Part shown: in pieces, positions 19,474 to 30,184 of the stretch
How positions within the stretch are numbered: position 1 is the stretch's first letter
Layout of the letters: every line of letters begins with the position of its first letter
From: Trypanosoma brucei
Lineage: Eukaryota
Assembly: GCA_000002445.1 (NCBI GenBank)
Contig: CP000071.1
Coordinates: forward strand, 704,001 to 768,000
Direction of reading: 5' to 3'
DNA: 64,000 bases
The notes under the pieces: generated by a model
Seen by the model: only the letters and a program-made list of their open reading frames with translations
Told to the model about the DNA's origin: nothing
The model's database searches: none
Program-made: the position numbers and the translations under genes

Positions 19474-20259
19474 ATGAATATCGTCACAAGCTACTTCCTG
19501 GTGAAGCGCATTCCCGGGAGCATTTTTCTTGGTGAGGCTTCCCTACGAAATGCCGAGGCACGGCAGCGTGAGTACTTGGAATGCATCAGGCAGAATGTCA
19601 CTCACAGAGAGGTGGACTCCCTGCATCTTCTTATCGAGGGAAGCGACGCATACAACCACTTCCGAACACATATTATGGAGAACAATAATTCGTTTCCCGA
19701 CGGGCGGTTGCGGCAGAAAATCGTGCCGATACTGTGGCAGAAAGGGCAGCCAACGTACGCGGACTTATTTGAACACGCCAATAAGCTTCTCCGAGGGCGA
19801 TTGGCGATGGTATGCAATGCTGACGTTTACATATCTCAGCACGGTGCGTCTGTGCGGGATCTGGCAAGGCTCTTTGACCAGGGGGTACCGCGTGTGGCCT
19901 TGGCGTTAACGCGATATGAGAGCGAAAATTTTATGGACGCACCACTGCAAGATAACTACAGGGGGTCCCACGATGCTTTTGTTGTACGACCGCCGTTGGA
20001 AGACTCATTGCTAAGAAGCGTGAAACATCCGCAGAACTGTTACAAGGCGGAAAATGTTGTGTTGCACGAACTACAACGGCATGGGTACATGGTGAAGAAC
20101 CCCTGCCGCGATTTCATGCTGGTACACCGCCACGAAGCGGATCTGCGGCAGTGGCTGCCTTCTGTCGATGAGGAACGGTATGCGAGAGCACCGCCATGTA
20201 GCATTGAAGAAGCTGTAATCGCCCTGAAGGAAGAGAACGACAGGTTGGAACGGCATTAA
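19474..20259 (+). CDS. hypothetical protein, 261 aa
   Basis: ATG ORF in the gene-strand orientation with non-repetitive composition. No domain recognised. Confidence 0.45.
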   Translation: MNIVTSYFLVKRIPGSIFLGEASLRNAEARQREYLECIRQNVTHREVDSLHLLIEGSDAYNHFRTHIMENNNSFPDGRLRQKIVPILWQKGQPTYADLFEHANKLLRGRLAMVCNADVYISQHGASVRDLARLFDQGVPRVALALTRYESENFMDAPLQDNYRGSHDAFVVRPPLEDSLLRSVKHPQNCYKAENVVLHELQRHGYMVKNPCRDFMLVHRHEADLRQWLPSVDEERYARAPPCSIEEAVIALKEENDRLERH

Positions 20260-20815
20260 ACGCTTTGGAGTTCTTTGGGGGGGGGAGAGGGGGTGTACCC
20301 CCGAAGCCAGCGGGTGTGTTCTGTGTAGGTAGTGTGTGCTTGCTGTCGTCTTAATTGCGAGGATTTTTTTTTTCAAACCTCCAGACTCGTTCTTCTCCGT
20401 AAAGCGCTTTCTTGCTGCGGACCAGCATGACAGGAACAGTTCGATCACTCTTTGGGCGCCTCTCATTTCATTTACACATGCATTTCCTACACTCCAGAGG
20501 CCCCGTTGTTTGAGCCCACTCTTTGCTAGTGGGGAATTCCCACCTCAACAACACTTTGTACACGTTTGTTTTATTCTTTACACTGCATATGCACGCTTGC
20601 TGTGTGTCTGTTGCATTCACGGGTATGAACAGATGACTATTCCTTTTTTCTCCTTTCGTGTTGCTCCGTATTGTACCTTTAACTGTGGCGAAGCACCCAG
20701 TATTTGTCCTTCCTGCTGCTACTGAGGGCAGCAGTGATACAAAAAATAGGCTCCACACCTTTCCGGCCTCCCCAACTCGCGTCCACTGTACGATACGTTT
20801 GTTCGCGGGCAGTTT

Positions 20816-21529
20816 ATGGTTGTGCGGGAGGTGGTTAAGCGAGTCCCAAAGCAGGTTGTTCCACTGCATGGTGTGTGTGGTTATGCCCCGGGTTGTATAC
20901 CCGCCTACAGCAATGGTACAGATACAACTTTTACTTACCAAGGTCACTACGCCGACAATTTCTTTATGGGATACAAGTGGCAGTGTGTAGAATTTGCCCG
21001 ACGTTGGTTACTGTTACGCAAGGGCCTAGCCCTCCCGCAGTATGATTTCGCTGCACATCTCATTCACATGCGCGAGGTGTGTGATGCAGAGACGGGGGAA
21101 GTTGTTCCCTGTAAATTCGTATCGCAGGGTTCACCGGAACCACCAGTGGCGGATGCCCTAATCGTGTATCCGGGCACAAGGGAAAATATTTTCGGCCATG
21201 TAGGTGTTATCACACACGTGACTGATGCACTTGTCGGCGTGGCCGATCAGAATCGATTCTTCCATGATTGGGATGGGCGGCCTTACGCAGCGGAGTTCCC
21301 GCTAGAGTGCGTGGATGGACAATATTTCATCAGAGATCCTCTCGTGGAGTGCCGCGGGTGGGTCACATTTCCCGAACGGCCAAACCGCGTCGAGGGAGTG
21401 CCGCTCGTTGTGTCGCCGCATGTGCGTGGTCCTCCAAAGGTTCATATCTGCAAGCGAATCAATTATGTAGCGGGACAGTTGTGGTCGTGGTGTTTCAACA
21501 GAGAATGCATCACGTTTGCTCGAACCTAA
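20816..21529 (+). CDS. standalone CHAP-domain amidase resembling the N-terminal amidase domain of trypanothione synthetase / glutathionylspermidine synthetase-amidase, 237 aa
   Basis: 'GYAPGCIPAYSN', 'FMGYKWQCVEFARRWLL', 'PEPPVADALIVYP' and 'GHVGVITHV...VGVADQN' line up with the TryS/GspS amidase domain as I recall it, including the nucleophile Cys (in QCVEFARRW), His (GHVGV) and an Asp 16 residues after the His. The ORF ends right after the amidase domain, with no ATP-grasp synthetase part. Confidence 0.6.
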   Translation: MVVREVVKRVPKQVVPLHGVCGYAPGCIPAYSNGTDTTFTYQGHYADNFFMGYKWQCVEFARRWLLLRKGLALPQYDFAAHLIHMREVCDAETGEVVPCKFVSQGSPEPPVADALIVYPGTRENIFGHVGVITHVTDALVGVADQNRFFHDWDGRPYAAEFPLECVDGQYFIRDPLVECRGWVTFPERPNRVEGVPLVVSPHVRGPPKVHICKRINYVAGQLWSWCFNRECITFART

Positions 21530-21599
21530 ACAACAACGATGAACCTAGAGGAGGGGATGACCAGCCAGCAGTTTATTGCCCTTTGTATCTGGGGTTGCA

Positions 21600-21621
21600 T
21601 GTGTGTGTGTGTGTGTGTGTG
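21600..21621. repeat. (GT)11 microsatellite
   Basis: Direct read of 'tgtgtgtgtgtgtgtgtgtgtg' in the intergenic region after the CHAP amidase gene. Confidence 0.95.
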
Positions 21622-21997
21622 CTGGAGGGGTAGTGCACGCCCATGGATGTGAGCAGGTCCATTTTTTTGTTGCAATGCACCTACATAAGCAGGTGGCGCA
21701 GGGGACCATATGCTCTTTCTCGCACGCACGGGTGGTAGTTGCCTTCCATATGAGAGTAAACGAGGTGCACGTTAACTATTGTTTGTTATGCAAGTTGGGT
21801 GAAAGAATCTGGTGCCGTGGTGGGCGCCGCGAGACAACGTTGACCAGAAGTAATACTCTGTGTTTATGTGCGCCGTAATTTATTGTGGATCCCATCTCTC
21901 GACGCTCTCTCCACTGCTTCACCACTTCCAGGCACCAGCGAGGCTGTTGCTAAGCATTTGAACTGGTGTTTGGGGTAAAAGGGAGGATATAAGAGGC

Positions 21998-22915
21998 ATG
22001 TACGGCCCGCACCACCGCGTTGCTCCACTTCGTCACACTGGCGCCGGTGTGACGAAACTCCCTCGCAACCATTGCAATCAAGGCCTGCAACGACAGTGCT
22101 CATACGCGACGAACACGCTCCAATCCCTACCATATGACACACAAGGTGCCACGTCAGCAGCAGGAGGAGGCATTGGGTCCCACACGATGCCCGCGCGTAT
22201 GCAACAACCACGGCTATCGGTGCCATCACATTCACATCCGCCGCCCTTCTCACAGCTCGCGACGCAGTCCACACCGACGCAGCTGGGTGACGGGCTTGTG
22301 TCAGGCAGGTCAGTCCCAAACGTAAATTATCAACAACCGTCACAGCAACAACCACAAGGTAGTATGGAGGCTGCAACCGCCTTGCTGGCCTTTACGCAGG
22401 CAATCCAGGGGCAGGAAAGGCACATGGCCACAGGTTGTCAGAGCCTCTTGCATTTACGTGCCATAGCGGAGGCACAAAGTGCGCAAGTCGCCGCGGTGAA
22501 TGCACTCGCCACAGAAGTTCGGGCAATGGTCGAAGCAACTCGCGATGTATGCCTTCTGTTGACACGTACGAGGGAACAGCTTCCCGAAACCAAAACTTCA
22601 GGAGTCCATCGGCGCGAGTCCCATGGGCCCTTCCGTCCCTTTTCGAGGCTTGTGCTCGGCGAGGAATGTTCCCCCCACGCCTCACCTGTGGAGGTTGCAA
22701 GTGAACACAGCGGAAACGAGAATAAAACTAACGTTAAAACGTGCGGATGGAGGGACGGCGTCAACGATACGGGTGCAGCGTACATTTCAGCGACCGCCGG
22801 CTTGAAAAGTGTCGTACTGCGAGGTGCAGGAGACGGAGCAGCAGCAGCAGCAGCGTCGCCAGTTGAGAACACCTCACAACCACAGTACATCGAAGATGAC
22901 ATTTTCTCTATGTGA
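21998..22915 (+). CDS. hypothetical Gln/Ala-rich low-complexity protein, 305 aa
   Basis: ATG ORF. It contains a (GCA)n-encoded poly-Ala run ('GAGDGAAAAAASP') and Q-rich stretches. No domain recognised. A real gene is plausible but unproven. Confidence 0.4.
   Translation: MYGPHHRVAPLRHTGAGVTKLPRNHCNQGLQRQCSYATNTLQSLPYDTQGATSAAGGGIGSHTMPARMQQPRLSVPSHSHPPPFSQLATQSTPTQLGDGLVSGRSVPNVNYQQPSQQQPQGSMEAATALLAFTQAIQGQERHMATGCQSLLHLRAIAEAQSAQVAAVNALATEVRAMVEATRDVCLLLTRTREQLPETKTSGVHRRESHGPFRPFSRLVLGEECSPHASPVEVASEHSGNENKTNVKTCGWRDGVNDTGAAYISATAGLKSVVLRGAGDGAAAAAASPVENTSQPQYIEDDIFSM
22838..22855 (+). repeat. (GCA)6 trinucleotide repeat encoding poly-Ala inside a CDS
   Basis: Direct read of 'gcagcagcagcagcagcg' inside ORF 21998..22915. 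Confidence 0.9.
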
Positions 22916-23544
22916 AGAATTAGCGTGGCGCTCCTTTGACATGTTCCTGTGGGCGTGTAGCTCCAACAGTGTGACCTTCTTCTTTTTTTTTTCGTGATTG
23001 CTTAACAAACACACACAGGTGTCCTCATCTAAATGGATAGGTACCGTGTATGTGGGGGAGAAGGGGCTGGGTTATGGCCTTCCGTGATCCTAAGGAACAA
23101 CCGAAATCTGATCCCACTTTACCTCCTTTTCACTTCTTCACATGTGACTGTCCGGCATGTGCCGTTTTTGACATTGTGATTACGGTGTGCTCATCAACAC
23201 CATTTGGTTTTCGTAACCGTTGTTATTTTTTTTCGATATACCAGTTGATTTGTGCCACATGAGAATTAGCCTTAACAACAACGCTATAACCATGTTGAGC
23301 GCATTTGCAGTAGACACATATTTTCTTATCTTTCCTACTTTTATCATCTGCTTGTGTGCGGCCTGAATAACAGTTGGGGAGAGGGGAACAGTGCCAGAGA
23401 GTTAAAAAAAAACTTAACACTTCACCGCAGTAGTAAATAAATTCTCCCGCCGTTGTTTACTCTGCAGATGCTCTTGATAATTTCCTCCAATGTATTTTTC
23501 TCTATTCTAAGAGCATAAAAAGGTTGGGGAAAGGGAAGGAAGTG

Positions 23545-26500
23545 ATGAGTGATTTTGACAACAAATGTCAACCCTCCCTAAGGAATAACCTTCGCTCAGC
23601 TACAGAAACACTTAACCGTCTGTGTCGAGCGACGCCAGAGCAAGATATAGGTAGAATGCTTCGGGGAAATAAGACAACTCCACAATACAAAGCCGCTGTT
23701 ACACCTTCAGCGAGGGAAAACAACACCTACCCAACCAGATCCTCACCGGCAGTAGCGACATCAGCTTCGCGGGCCCCAGGCACGGCGGGCGAGTGGGCCA
23801 ATGCCTTCCGTCTTCTTCAATCCCAAGTGTATAACTGTGTGGTAGAGCTTGACACGGAACGAGTTGTGCGCAGCAACAACATCCGTGAAGTGGAGCAAAC
23901 ACTCTCAGGTCATGTGGGGGAGTTGCGTGCCATGATACTGCAGATGAAGAAGGAAAATGAGTACTTGACAGGTGTAGTTCGATCGCTTCAGAAGCGGGTG
24001 TCGCCACATCGCGCTGGTAGGAGCATCGGCAACGGAGAGCATACGATCACCTCTGCTGCGCCTCCTCAAACAATGACCACCGTGGCCGGTATGGCTGCGC
24101 TTACAGAGCGATTGGAAGCGTTAGAAGATACCGTAGCACGGCAGCAGCGAGTTGTCGGAGACCGCAACACTCGGCTGGAGGGAAATATCCGTGAGATGGT
24201 GGGAAACGCCGTAAATATCGAAGTGGAACGAACACGCCGCATTGCGCGTGAGGCGGCCCGCGACTGCACCGACGAACTTGTGCGCACTCACCTTGCATCC
24301 ATACAAGCGGTCCTTCAGAGTGAACGTCAGCATCAGCAGAAGGTTGATAGCGCATCAAGCGACGCGGTACGTGAGGTGGTGCAACACTTCAGGAGGCTAG
24401 AGGTTGATGTGCAGCGGCGTTTGCAAGAGATGAATTCAACAATTACTGTTATAAGGCAACAGCAACAACAGCGGGAGTCAGAAATTCAGGAGCTTTCGGT
24501 CCGTGTCGCGCAGGATGTCTCAGCAGTAGAAAGATCCGTCGAGGCTGCTCGGCGTGAGCTGCAGAGCGGTATAGCAAAGAACGCACAGGCCAATGAGGCA
24601 CGCGCTGAAGCAACTCAACTCGCCTTGGAGGCTGCGGTTGCAGAACGGGCGATTGCAGCAAGTAAAGAGGTTGTTATGCACAGGGCCACTATCATTGATG
24701 CAGCAGAGGCTGGAGCCAAGCAAAAAGAACAGCAGGAAGAGCAGCGTTTGCTACGGCGACTTGAGGATGCGCAGCGTACCAATGAAACGGTTCAACGGCA
24801 ACAAGAAAAGTTAGAGGAGCAACTGAAGGGGCTGCAGAGTGTAGTGCAAGAACTTCAGCAACAGCTTGTTGAGGCGGTTAAGGCATCCAATGTCGCATCA
24901 GCGGATATAACAAAGTGGAAGGCGCGTATCCGCGAGGCGCTAACGACAAGCGAGGAAGCCCGCACGCTCGCACAGGAGTCCACTGCGTGTGCGCAGAAGA
25001 CAGAGGACTCAGTGCGCGAGGCACTGGCGCGTTCTGGGGTGCAATTGAAGAGACTGGTGGCGGATCACGAGAATGGCACTCTTTTGACTCAGCAACTCAC
25101 TGAAAAGCTTGAGGCAACTGAAGCCCGTCTCGCTTCGACCCGAACTGTCGTGGACGACCTGAGCGAACGCCATAAAAATAGTTTACTCCCAATGACCGCA
25201 AGGGTGGAGACGCTCCACCGAAGTTTGCAAGACATCTTTGGACCGAAGATGGAGGAGATAAGTGGTTCTCTAGTAGAATTGAAAGCAACTGTGGAGCAGC
25301 TACAGTTAAATGCCTCCTCACGGTCGAAGTCAGACGCCCGACAACTATCGGATATGAGGCGTGAGTACACCACCGACATACAGCAACTGAAGGATTGTTT
25401 ACACCAACAGGTACGTGAGTGGAAGCAGGAGTGCTGCACATCGTCAAGTACACTAAAGGCGGCAGTGGATGGGTTAAGTGACACAGTAAAGTTGCAGGAG
25501 CAGTCAACCACGAGGAGAGAAGCACTACATGCATCAGCCGCAGAAGTTGCAGTGCTTTCGGATAGGGTGCAGGCGTTGGAGGCGGCACGTGAGGCGGTTG
25601 AATGGCGAGTTGCAAGAGGGGGAAAGACATCAAACCTCGCCACAGCCACTGAAGGAGCTCAACAGTCAGCAGGAGAAACAACGGTAAACTCATCCGTTGG
25701 GGAACCAGGAGCCGCTACAGATTCAGAACTAGGAAATAATGGTGAGGTCATTTACGAACTCCGGCATCGAATCACCGCCGTGGAGCAATGTGTACGGAGT
25801 CGTGAGGACAACCTCCAAAAACTGGTACGCAACGACATACAAAAAGAAGTAGGGAGACTTGAGCAACTGGTAAACCGCATGGATGAAGAGAACACATCTA
25901 GGATGCAACTGCTGCGAGTGCAGCTCAGTGACGACGTGGCAACGCGGTGCAAAGGCATGCTATGCGAAGTGGAAACCCCTGCACAACGTCAGTTACAGTT
26001 GCAAGTGGATCGCCTACGCGAGTCATTGAACCCGGCAAAACTCATTGCTGCTATCGAAGCTGATGTGGAACTTCAGAACCACCTTTCACTTGCATTGCAA
26101 GACGCTTTCGCCCCGCGCGTTGGCACATCCGAGTCCTTCGTACAAATGAAACGACGACTACAGAAGGCGGAGGATGAACTAGCCGAAGTGAAAGTGCATA
26201 CACGTGAACAGAATGAAAGAATGAAGATAATAGAATCGAATTCGGAGAAATACATGTGGGAATCTAGTAACCAGACCCAAGGAGAGGGAAGTGCGGGCGG
26301 AAGGTCAGAGGTAGGTGTGCTTTTGCAGTTACTGCAGACAAGCATGAAACAGTTGCAGGAGGAGCAAGCGGCAGCGAGGCGCGAGCGCGAGTTGTTACGA
26401 ACGACCGCGAAGGTAGTGGAAACGGCCGCCCCCGCAGTAGAGGTAACTAGTGGAGAGGGCCCAAGTGCCGGCCACCACTGCACCTCTGCGGATGAAATGG

Positions 26501-27084
26501 TTAGGTCGGATTTAAAGACCTATTTGGAGGGTTGTATCAATGCCGTCGAGGCAAAGGTTGAGGCGGCTGCGCAGTCTACTGCTGACACGCTTGATGTTCT
26601 AAAGCAGAGCATCGAGATGTGCGTGTCGTTTTTTGTTGATGAAGTGAACGCCTCTGCACTATTAAACCCCTTATTTTTACCCATAGAAGCAGGTCAGAAT
26701 AAACTAAACGTGAACACCGTGAAGGGTTTGGATGGTGTGCTCTTATTTCTTTGGCAACACCAGTGTGGTTTACAGGCTGCCGTACAGGCGCTGCAGGACG
26801 GGAGTTTAGGCACACTCGACTTGCTGCAGCATCACGAAGAACAGCTAGCGCTGCTGCAACCGGTGGGGCCGCTTGCAACTCACACTGCAGCTCAGTTGGA
26901 GCGGCTTGCTGTCAGTTTGGGCCTTCCACTCGATACGGATGCCATGGATGAGATGGAGGAGGAAGTGGAAGTGGAAGGCGAATTGATAGAAGACGATGAT
27001 AATGATGATGAATTAATGGAGGAAAGTGAGGAGTTGGTGGAGGAAGAGGAGGATGAGGCAGAACAGCCTGATGAAGAAGTGTAA
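23545..27084 (+). CDS. long coiled-coil protein with an acidic C-terminal tail, about 1179 aa
   Basis: Track start is TTG 23524; first ATG is 23545. There is a heptad-like E/Q/R/L/A-rich sequence throughout ('LEAAVAERAIAASKEV', 'QQEKLEEQLKGLQSVVQELQQQL'). The C-terminus 'EEEVEVEGELIEDDDNDDELMEESEELVEEEEDEAEQPDEEV' is acidic. Confidence 0.55.
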   Translation: MSDFDNKCQPSLRNNLRSATETLNRLCRATPEQDIGRMLRGNKTTPQYKAAVTPSARENNTYPTRSSPAVATSASRAPGTAGEWANAFRLLQSQVYNCVVELDTERVVRSNNIREVEQTLSGHVGELRAMILQMKKENEYLTGVVRSLQKRVSPHRAGRSIGNGEHTITSAAPPQTMTTVAGMAALTERLEALEDTVARQQRVVGDRNTRLEGNIREMVGNAVNIEVERTRRIAREAARDCTDELVRTHLASIQAVLQSERQHQQKVDSASSDAVREVVQHFRRLEVDVQRRLQEMNSTITVIRQQQQQRESEIQELSVRVAQDVSAVERSVEAARRELQSGIAKNAQANEARAEATQLALEAAVAERAIAASKEVVMHRATIIDAAEAGAKQKEQQEEQRLLRRLEDAQRTNETVQRQQEKLEEQLKGLQSVVQELQQQLVEAVKASNVASADITKWKARIREALTTSEEARTLAQESTACAQKTEDSVREALARSGVQLKRLVADHENGTLLTQQLTEKLEATEARLASTRTVVDDLSERHKNSLLPMTARVETLHRSLQDIFGPKMEEISGSLVELKATVEQLQLNASSRSKSDARQLSDMRREYTTDIQQLKDCLHQQVREWKQECCTSSSTLKAAVDGLSDTVKLQEQSTTRREALHASAAEVAVLSDRVQALEAAREAVEWRVARGGKTSNLATATEGAQQSAGETTVNSSVGEPGAATDSELGNNGEVIYELRHRITAVEQCVRSREDNLQKLVRNDIQKEVGRLEQLVNRMDEENTSRMQLLRVQLSDDVATRCKGMLCEVETPAQRQLQLQVDRLRESLNPAKLIAAIEADVELQNHLSLALQDAFAPRVGTSESFVQMKRRLQKAEDELAEVKVHTREQNERMKIIESNSEKYMWESSNQTQGEGSAGGRSEVGVLLQLLQTSMKQLQEEQAAARRERELLRTTAKVVETAAPAVEVTSGEGPSAGHHCTSADEMVRSDLKTYLEGCINAVEAKVEAAAQSTADTLDVLKQSIEMCVSFFVDEVNASALLNPLFLPIEAGQNKLNVNTVKGLDGVLLFLWQHQCGLQAAVQALQDGSLGTLDLLQHHEEQLALLQPVGPLATHTAAQLERLAVSLGLPLDTDAMDEMEEEVEVEGELIEDDDNDDELMEESEELVEEEEDEAEQPDEEV

Positions 27085-28009
27085 ACAGTGGTTACAAATA
27101 GGTGGAGTGTGGTCACGGTTAAATCGTAACGTGAAGTGAATTTTGTCCTGTGTTATTTTGTTTTTTTCCAGTTTATTACTAACCTTACCAGTTAAAAATG
27201 CTTAATGGGCGTTGGTCCAAGTGCGTGTCCCTCAGTTGGGCGCTGCACCGGATCCTAGTAAATGTTATGCTGCTATTGCACGAGTCAAATCCAATAGAAA
27301 AGATTTAAAAGGGGGATTGAACGAGTAGGGCAAGAACGAAGGTAAATTGAAGCGCAGGGAAGCAGTCAGAAGGAATGAAGAAACGAATGGGAAACATTGT
27401 GAATGGGAGAGAAAACAAAATACTTCAGGGGGGAAATAGAGTGGTGATTATATCTCTTCAGTTTGAAACTGTGCAGGTGTCAGGCACAGGTGTTTGTACT
27501 TTTTTAAAAAAAAACATACGTATTGCCCCATACGCACGCACGAACGGTTTGTGTGACGTGCCCGCTGGGAGTGTTGTTGTCTTTTTCCCCCTCCTCTCCT
27601 TTTTCCTATGCGTTTTTTTGTTTTGTTTTGTCTTTGATTTTTGCTCTTTACTTTGTTTTAGCTACCCCTCTGAATTCACTCGTTTTTTTTCTCTTGTTTC
27701 TTGCTAGTTGCTTCGGTTTTCCCCCCACGAAATAACATTATGTTGCTACTAACGTGGTGTGAAGACGCCTAACGTGAAGTGGAGGTTAACCGTGAAACAC
27801 CAAAGTGCGTTCGCGCACGTGATCCCGAGATCACTTAATAAAATATAAATAAATTTACCTACTTATTTATACCCATCCCTTTTGTTGTCCCTGTATCAGC
27901 ATCCTTTCATTTGTCTACTTGTCAATATATACTTTCCTTTCCTCACCCCTCACTGCGGAAGAAGCCAGTCCTCCATCAAGTAGCGAAAAGTGGTCGAAGA
28001 GGAGATCGT

Positions 28010-28615
28010 ATGAGCCTTTTAAAAGCAGATCAATTGCGGCGCGATCTGTTCATCAAGTATAGCGATAAAATTGCCGAACTTCTTGGTGAAACGGAGGAAT
28101 GCAGCCCAACAGAAGAGCAGCGGGAAAAAGAAGAGATCGAAACTACGGAGCAACGAGGTCTCAGTAGTCTCCCAAAGCGGTTCCGTATTTCCTACCCCCG
28201 ACAACATCTTCTTAGGCAGCGTGCCATGCAAATGCCTCCTGCTGCTGATGTCGGCGATGCAGAGAACAGCCCCGCTTCCGCTTCTAATTCAACATGTCCA
28301 CCACTCGGAGAGACTGCCACCGATGAGGACGAAAATGTAGAAACAATATGGGTGGAACTGGATGAAGAGGAAAAACGACCAGTGTATAATGAGCCCTATC
28401 CATCAGTTAAGAGGATGATGCGGCGCATGCAGGATGAGTCATTGCGTCTGTTGATGCGTGAAGCTCGCATACCAGTGACCCCTCACCAGGGCGATGCGTA
28501 CCTCTTGCAGCGGATGGAGGTTTTGCAGCAACTAGAAAAGAATATTGGAGACGATCGCATCAAGATTTTGGCGCGGTTGCAAAAGATGGATGGAAAACTT
28601 CATACATGCGAGTAG
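28010..28615 (+). CDS. hypothetical protein, about 201 aa
   Basis: Track start is TTG 27911; first ATG is 28010 ('MSLLKADQLRRDLF'). No domain recognised. Confidence 0.4.
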   Translation: MSLLKADQLRRDLFIKYSDKIAELLGETEECSPTEEQREKEEIETTEQRGLSSLPKRFRISYPRQHLLRQRAMQMPPAADVGDAENSPASASNSTCPPLGETATDEDENVETIWVELDEEEKRPVYNEPYPSVKRMMRRMQDESLRLLMREARIPVTPHQGDAYLLQRMEVLQQLEKNIGDDRIKILARLQKMDGKLHTCE

Positions 28616-29231
28616 CAGTCTCCTACCGCGGGGCGCGGGACCTCTTCATGCCCATGTACAGTAAGAAACAACGTCTGTGACACCAATACCACCAGCCGGG
28701 GATATGTGTTTTTTAGGCAAGAAGCTTCTACTGGCACAGCACACTCTTTCCTCACTAGCCGTTACGGTAACCACGGGACTGAAGTCGCAAAAGAAAAAAA
28801 AGGTGGAAGAATGGAGGAGTTGTAAAGACAAAGCAAGAGAGATGACAGAGCGCTCAGCAAGCGATACATTTTCTTCTTTTTTTTTTGCTTTTTACCGCTA
28901 TCATGTAGTCTTTGTACAACTCCTAAATGCAAACGCGAACAACACCACAAAAACACGGTGGACGACGATAAAACATGCCGTAAACTCCGACACGGTGACA
29001 ATGCGATTGAATGATGATGATTCTATTTTTTCCCCCCTATTTTGACTTGAATTTTACCCCTCACCTCCCGTGCACTCTCACCTTTATGGGGTTCCTACAT
29101 TCGTATTACGTGCTCAAACTACAACCAACATATAAAACGAGCAACACACTGCAGTACTCCACTGTGCAAAAAAAAAAAGTCAGGAAAGTAACGCTGTACG
29201 CGTTCACATAAGACAATCAGAACAAATATAC

Positions 29232-29253
29232 ATATATATATATATATATATAT
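29232..29253. repeat. (AT)11 microsatellite directly abutting and overlapping the AMPK-beta start codon
   Basis: 'atatatatatatatatatatat' immediately followed by 'ggg'. The final 'at' of the repeat forms the AT of the ATG at 29252. Confidence 0.95.
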
Positions 29254-30184
29254 GGGACAACACAGCGCCAAGGAGTTCAGGGGATCAAGACGAGGCGAAA
29301 GCAATAGTGGCGTTTTCCCCCTGGGGCCAGGTCATGCACATGTCGGTATGGGTTCAACGAAAAAACCACTGGGCATACATACATCGGCTGTACAGAACAA
29401 TGTCCTTCGACAGCGTAACCAACATCGGAGGGTTATGCATGAGGAAGGTGGTTCCCATCCCCGTGGACAGGAGGCAGACGGTTCCCATGGCGAGGATATT
29501 GCTGAAGAGAAGTTTCCTGTAGTGATTCGCTATGCAGCTCATGATGTTCGTTCACTTCTGTCCAGTAATGAAAAAGTTTACGTCGCAGTAGAATCACTTA
29601 ATTGGAGCAAGTTGCCCATGACTGCTAGCGAAGATTCATTTTATGCAATTGTAGAGCTTCCGCAAGGCCCACAACGGTTTCGCTTCGTTGTGGGTGAGAC
29701 GGAAGTAGTGGATACAGCACAACCCATCGAGGATATTGCGGAAGGTACACCACTGCTTGAACCGCGTGGTGACGTCGGGCACAAGGGGGAAACTCGGGCG
29801 AATGTCATACACGTTAACAAGGCGCTGCTTCTAACCAAAGAAGATGAAGAGGTGCCTGATGATGGCAGTGGATGGGGACAAGAGGAGATTATTCATAAGG
29901 AAGATCGTAAGCACCCACCCATTATGCCAGTACATTTACGTTACACACCGGTTAATACACCACTAACTGCCGCTCGATGTGCACTTGACGGTTTCATGCG
30001 CACCACTGACGAAGATACCGTGTCCCCCGAAAATCTCCCTATTCCGCTCAGTGTCACTGTTAATCACGTGTATTTTCAGCGCCGTGAGGACCACTGTGTT
30101 ACGGCCATGACGACCCGTTTTTGCAACAAGTATTCAACGATGGTATATTATTCAAAGGCGGAACCCACGGCATCCCTCCAATAA
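29252..30184 (+). CDS. AMPKB: AMP-activated protein kinase (SNF1 complex) beta subunit, 310 aa
   Basis: The N-terminus 'MGQHSAK' fits the N-myristoylation consensus (Gly2, Ser6) typical of AMPK beta. The central block 'VVIRYAAHDVRSLLSSNEKVYVAVESLNWSKLPMT...FYAIVELPQGPQRFRFVVGETEVVD' resembles the CBM48 glycogen-binding module. The C-terminus 'VNHVYFQRREDHCVTAMTTRFCNKYSTMVYYSK' resembles the ASC domain ('LNHLYAL...VLSATHRYKKKYVTTLLYK'). Confidence 0.7.
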   Translation: MGQHSAKEFRGSRRGESNSGVFPLGPGHAHVGMGSTKKPLGIHTSAVQNNVLRQRNQHRRVMHEEGGSHPRGQEADGSHGEDIAEEKFPVVIRYAAHDVRSLLSSNEKVYVAVESLNWSKLPMTASEDSFYAIVELPQGPQRFRFVVGETEVVDTAQPIEDIAEGTPLLEPRGDVGHKGETRANVIHVNKALLLTKEDEEVPDDGSGWGQEEIIHKEDRKHPPIMPVHLRYTPVNTPLTAARCALDGFMRTTDEDTVSPENLPIPLSVTVNHVYFQRREDHCVTAMTTRFCNKYSTMVYYSKAEPTASLQ

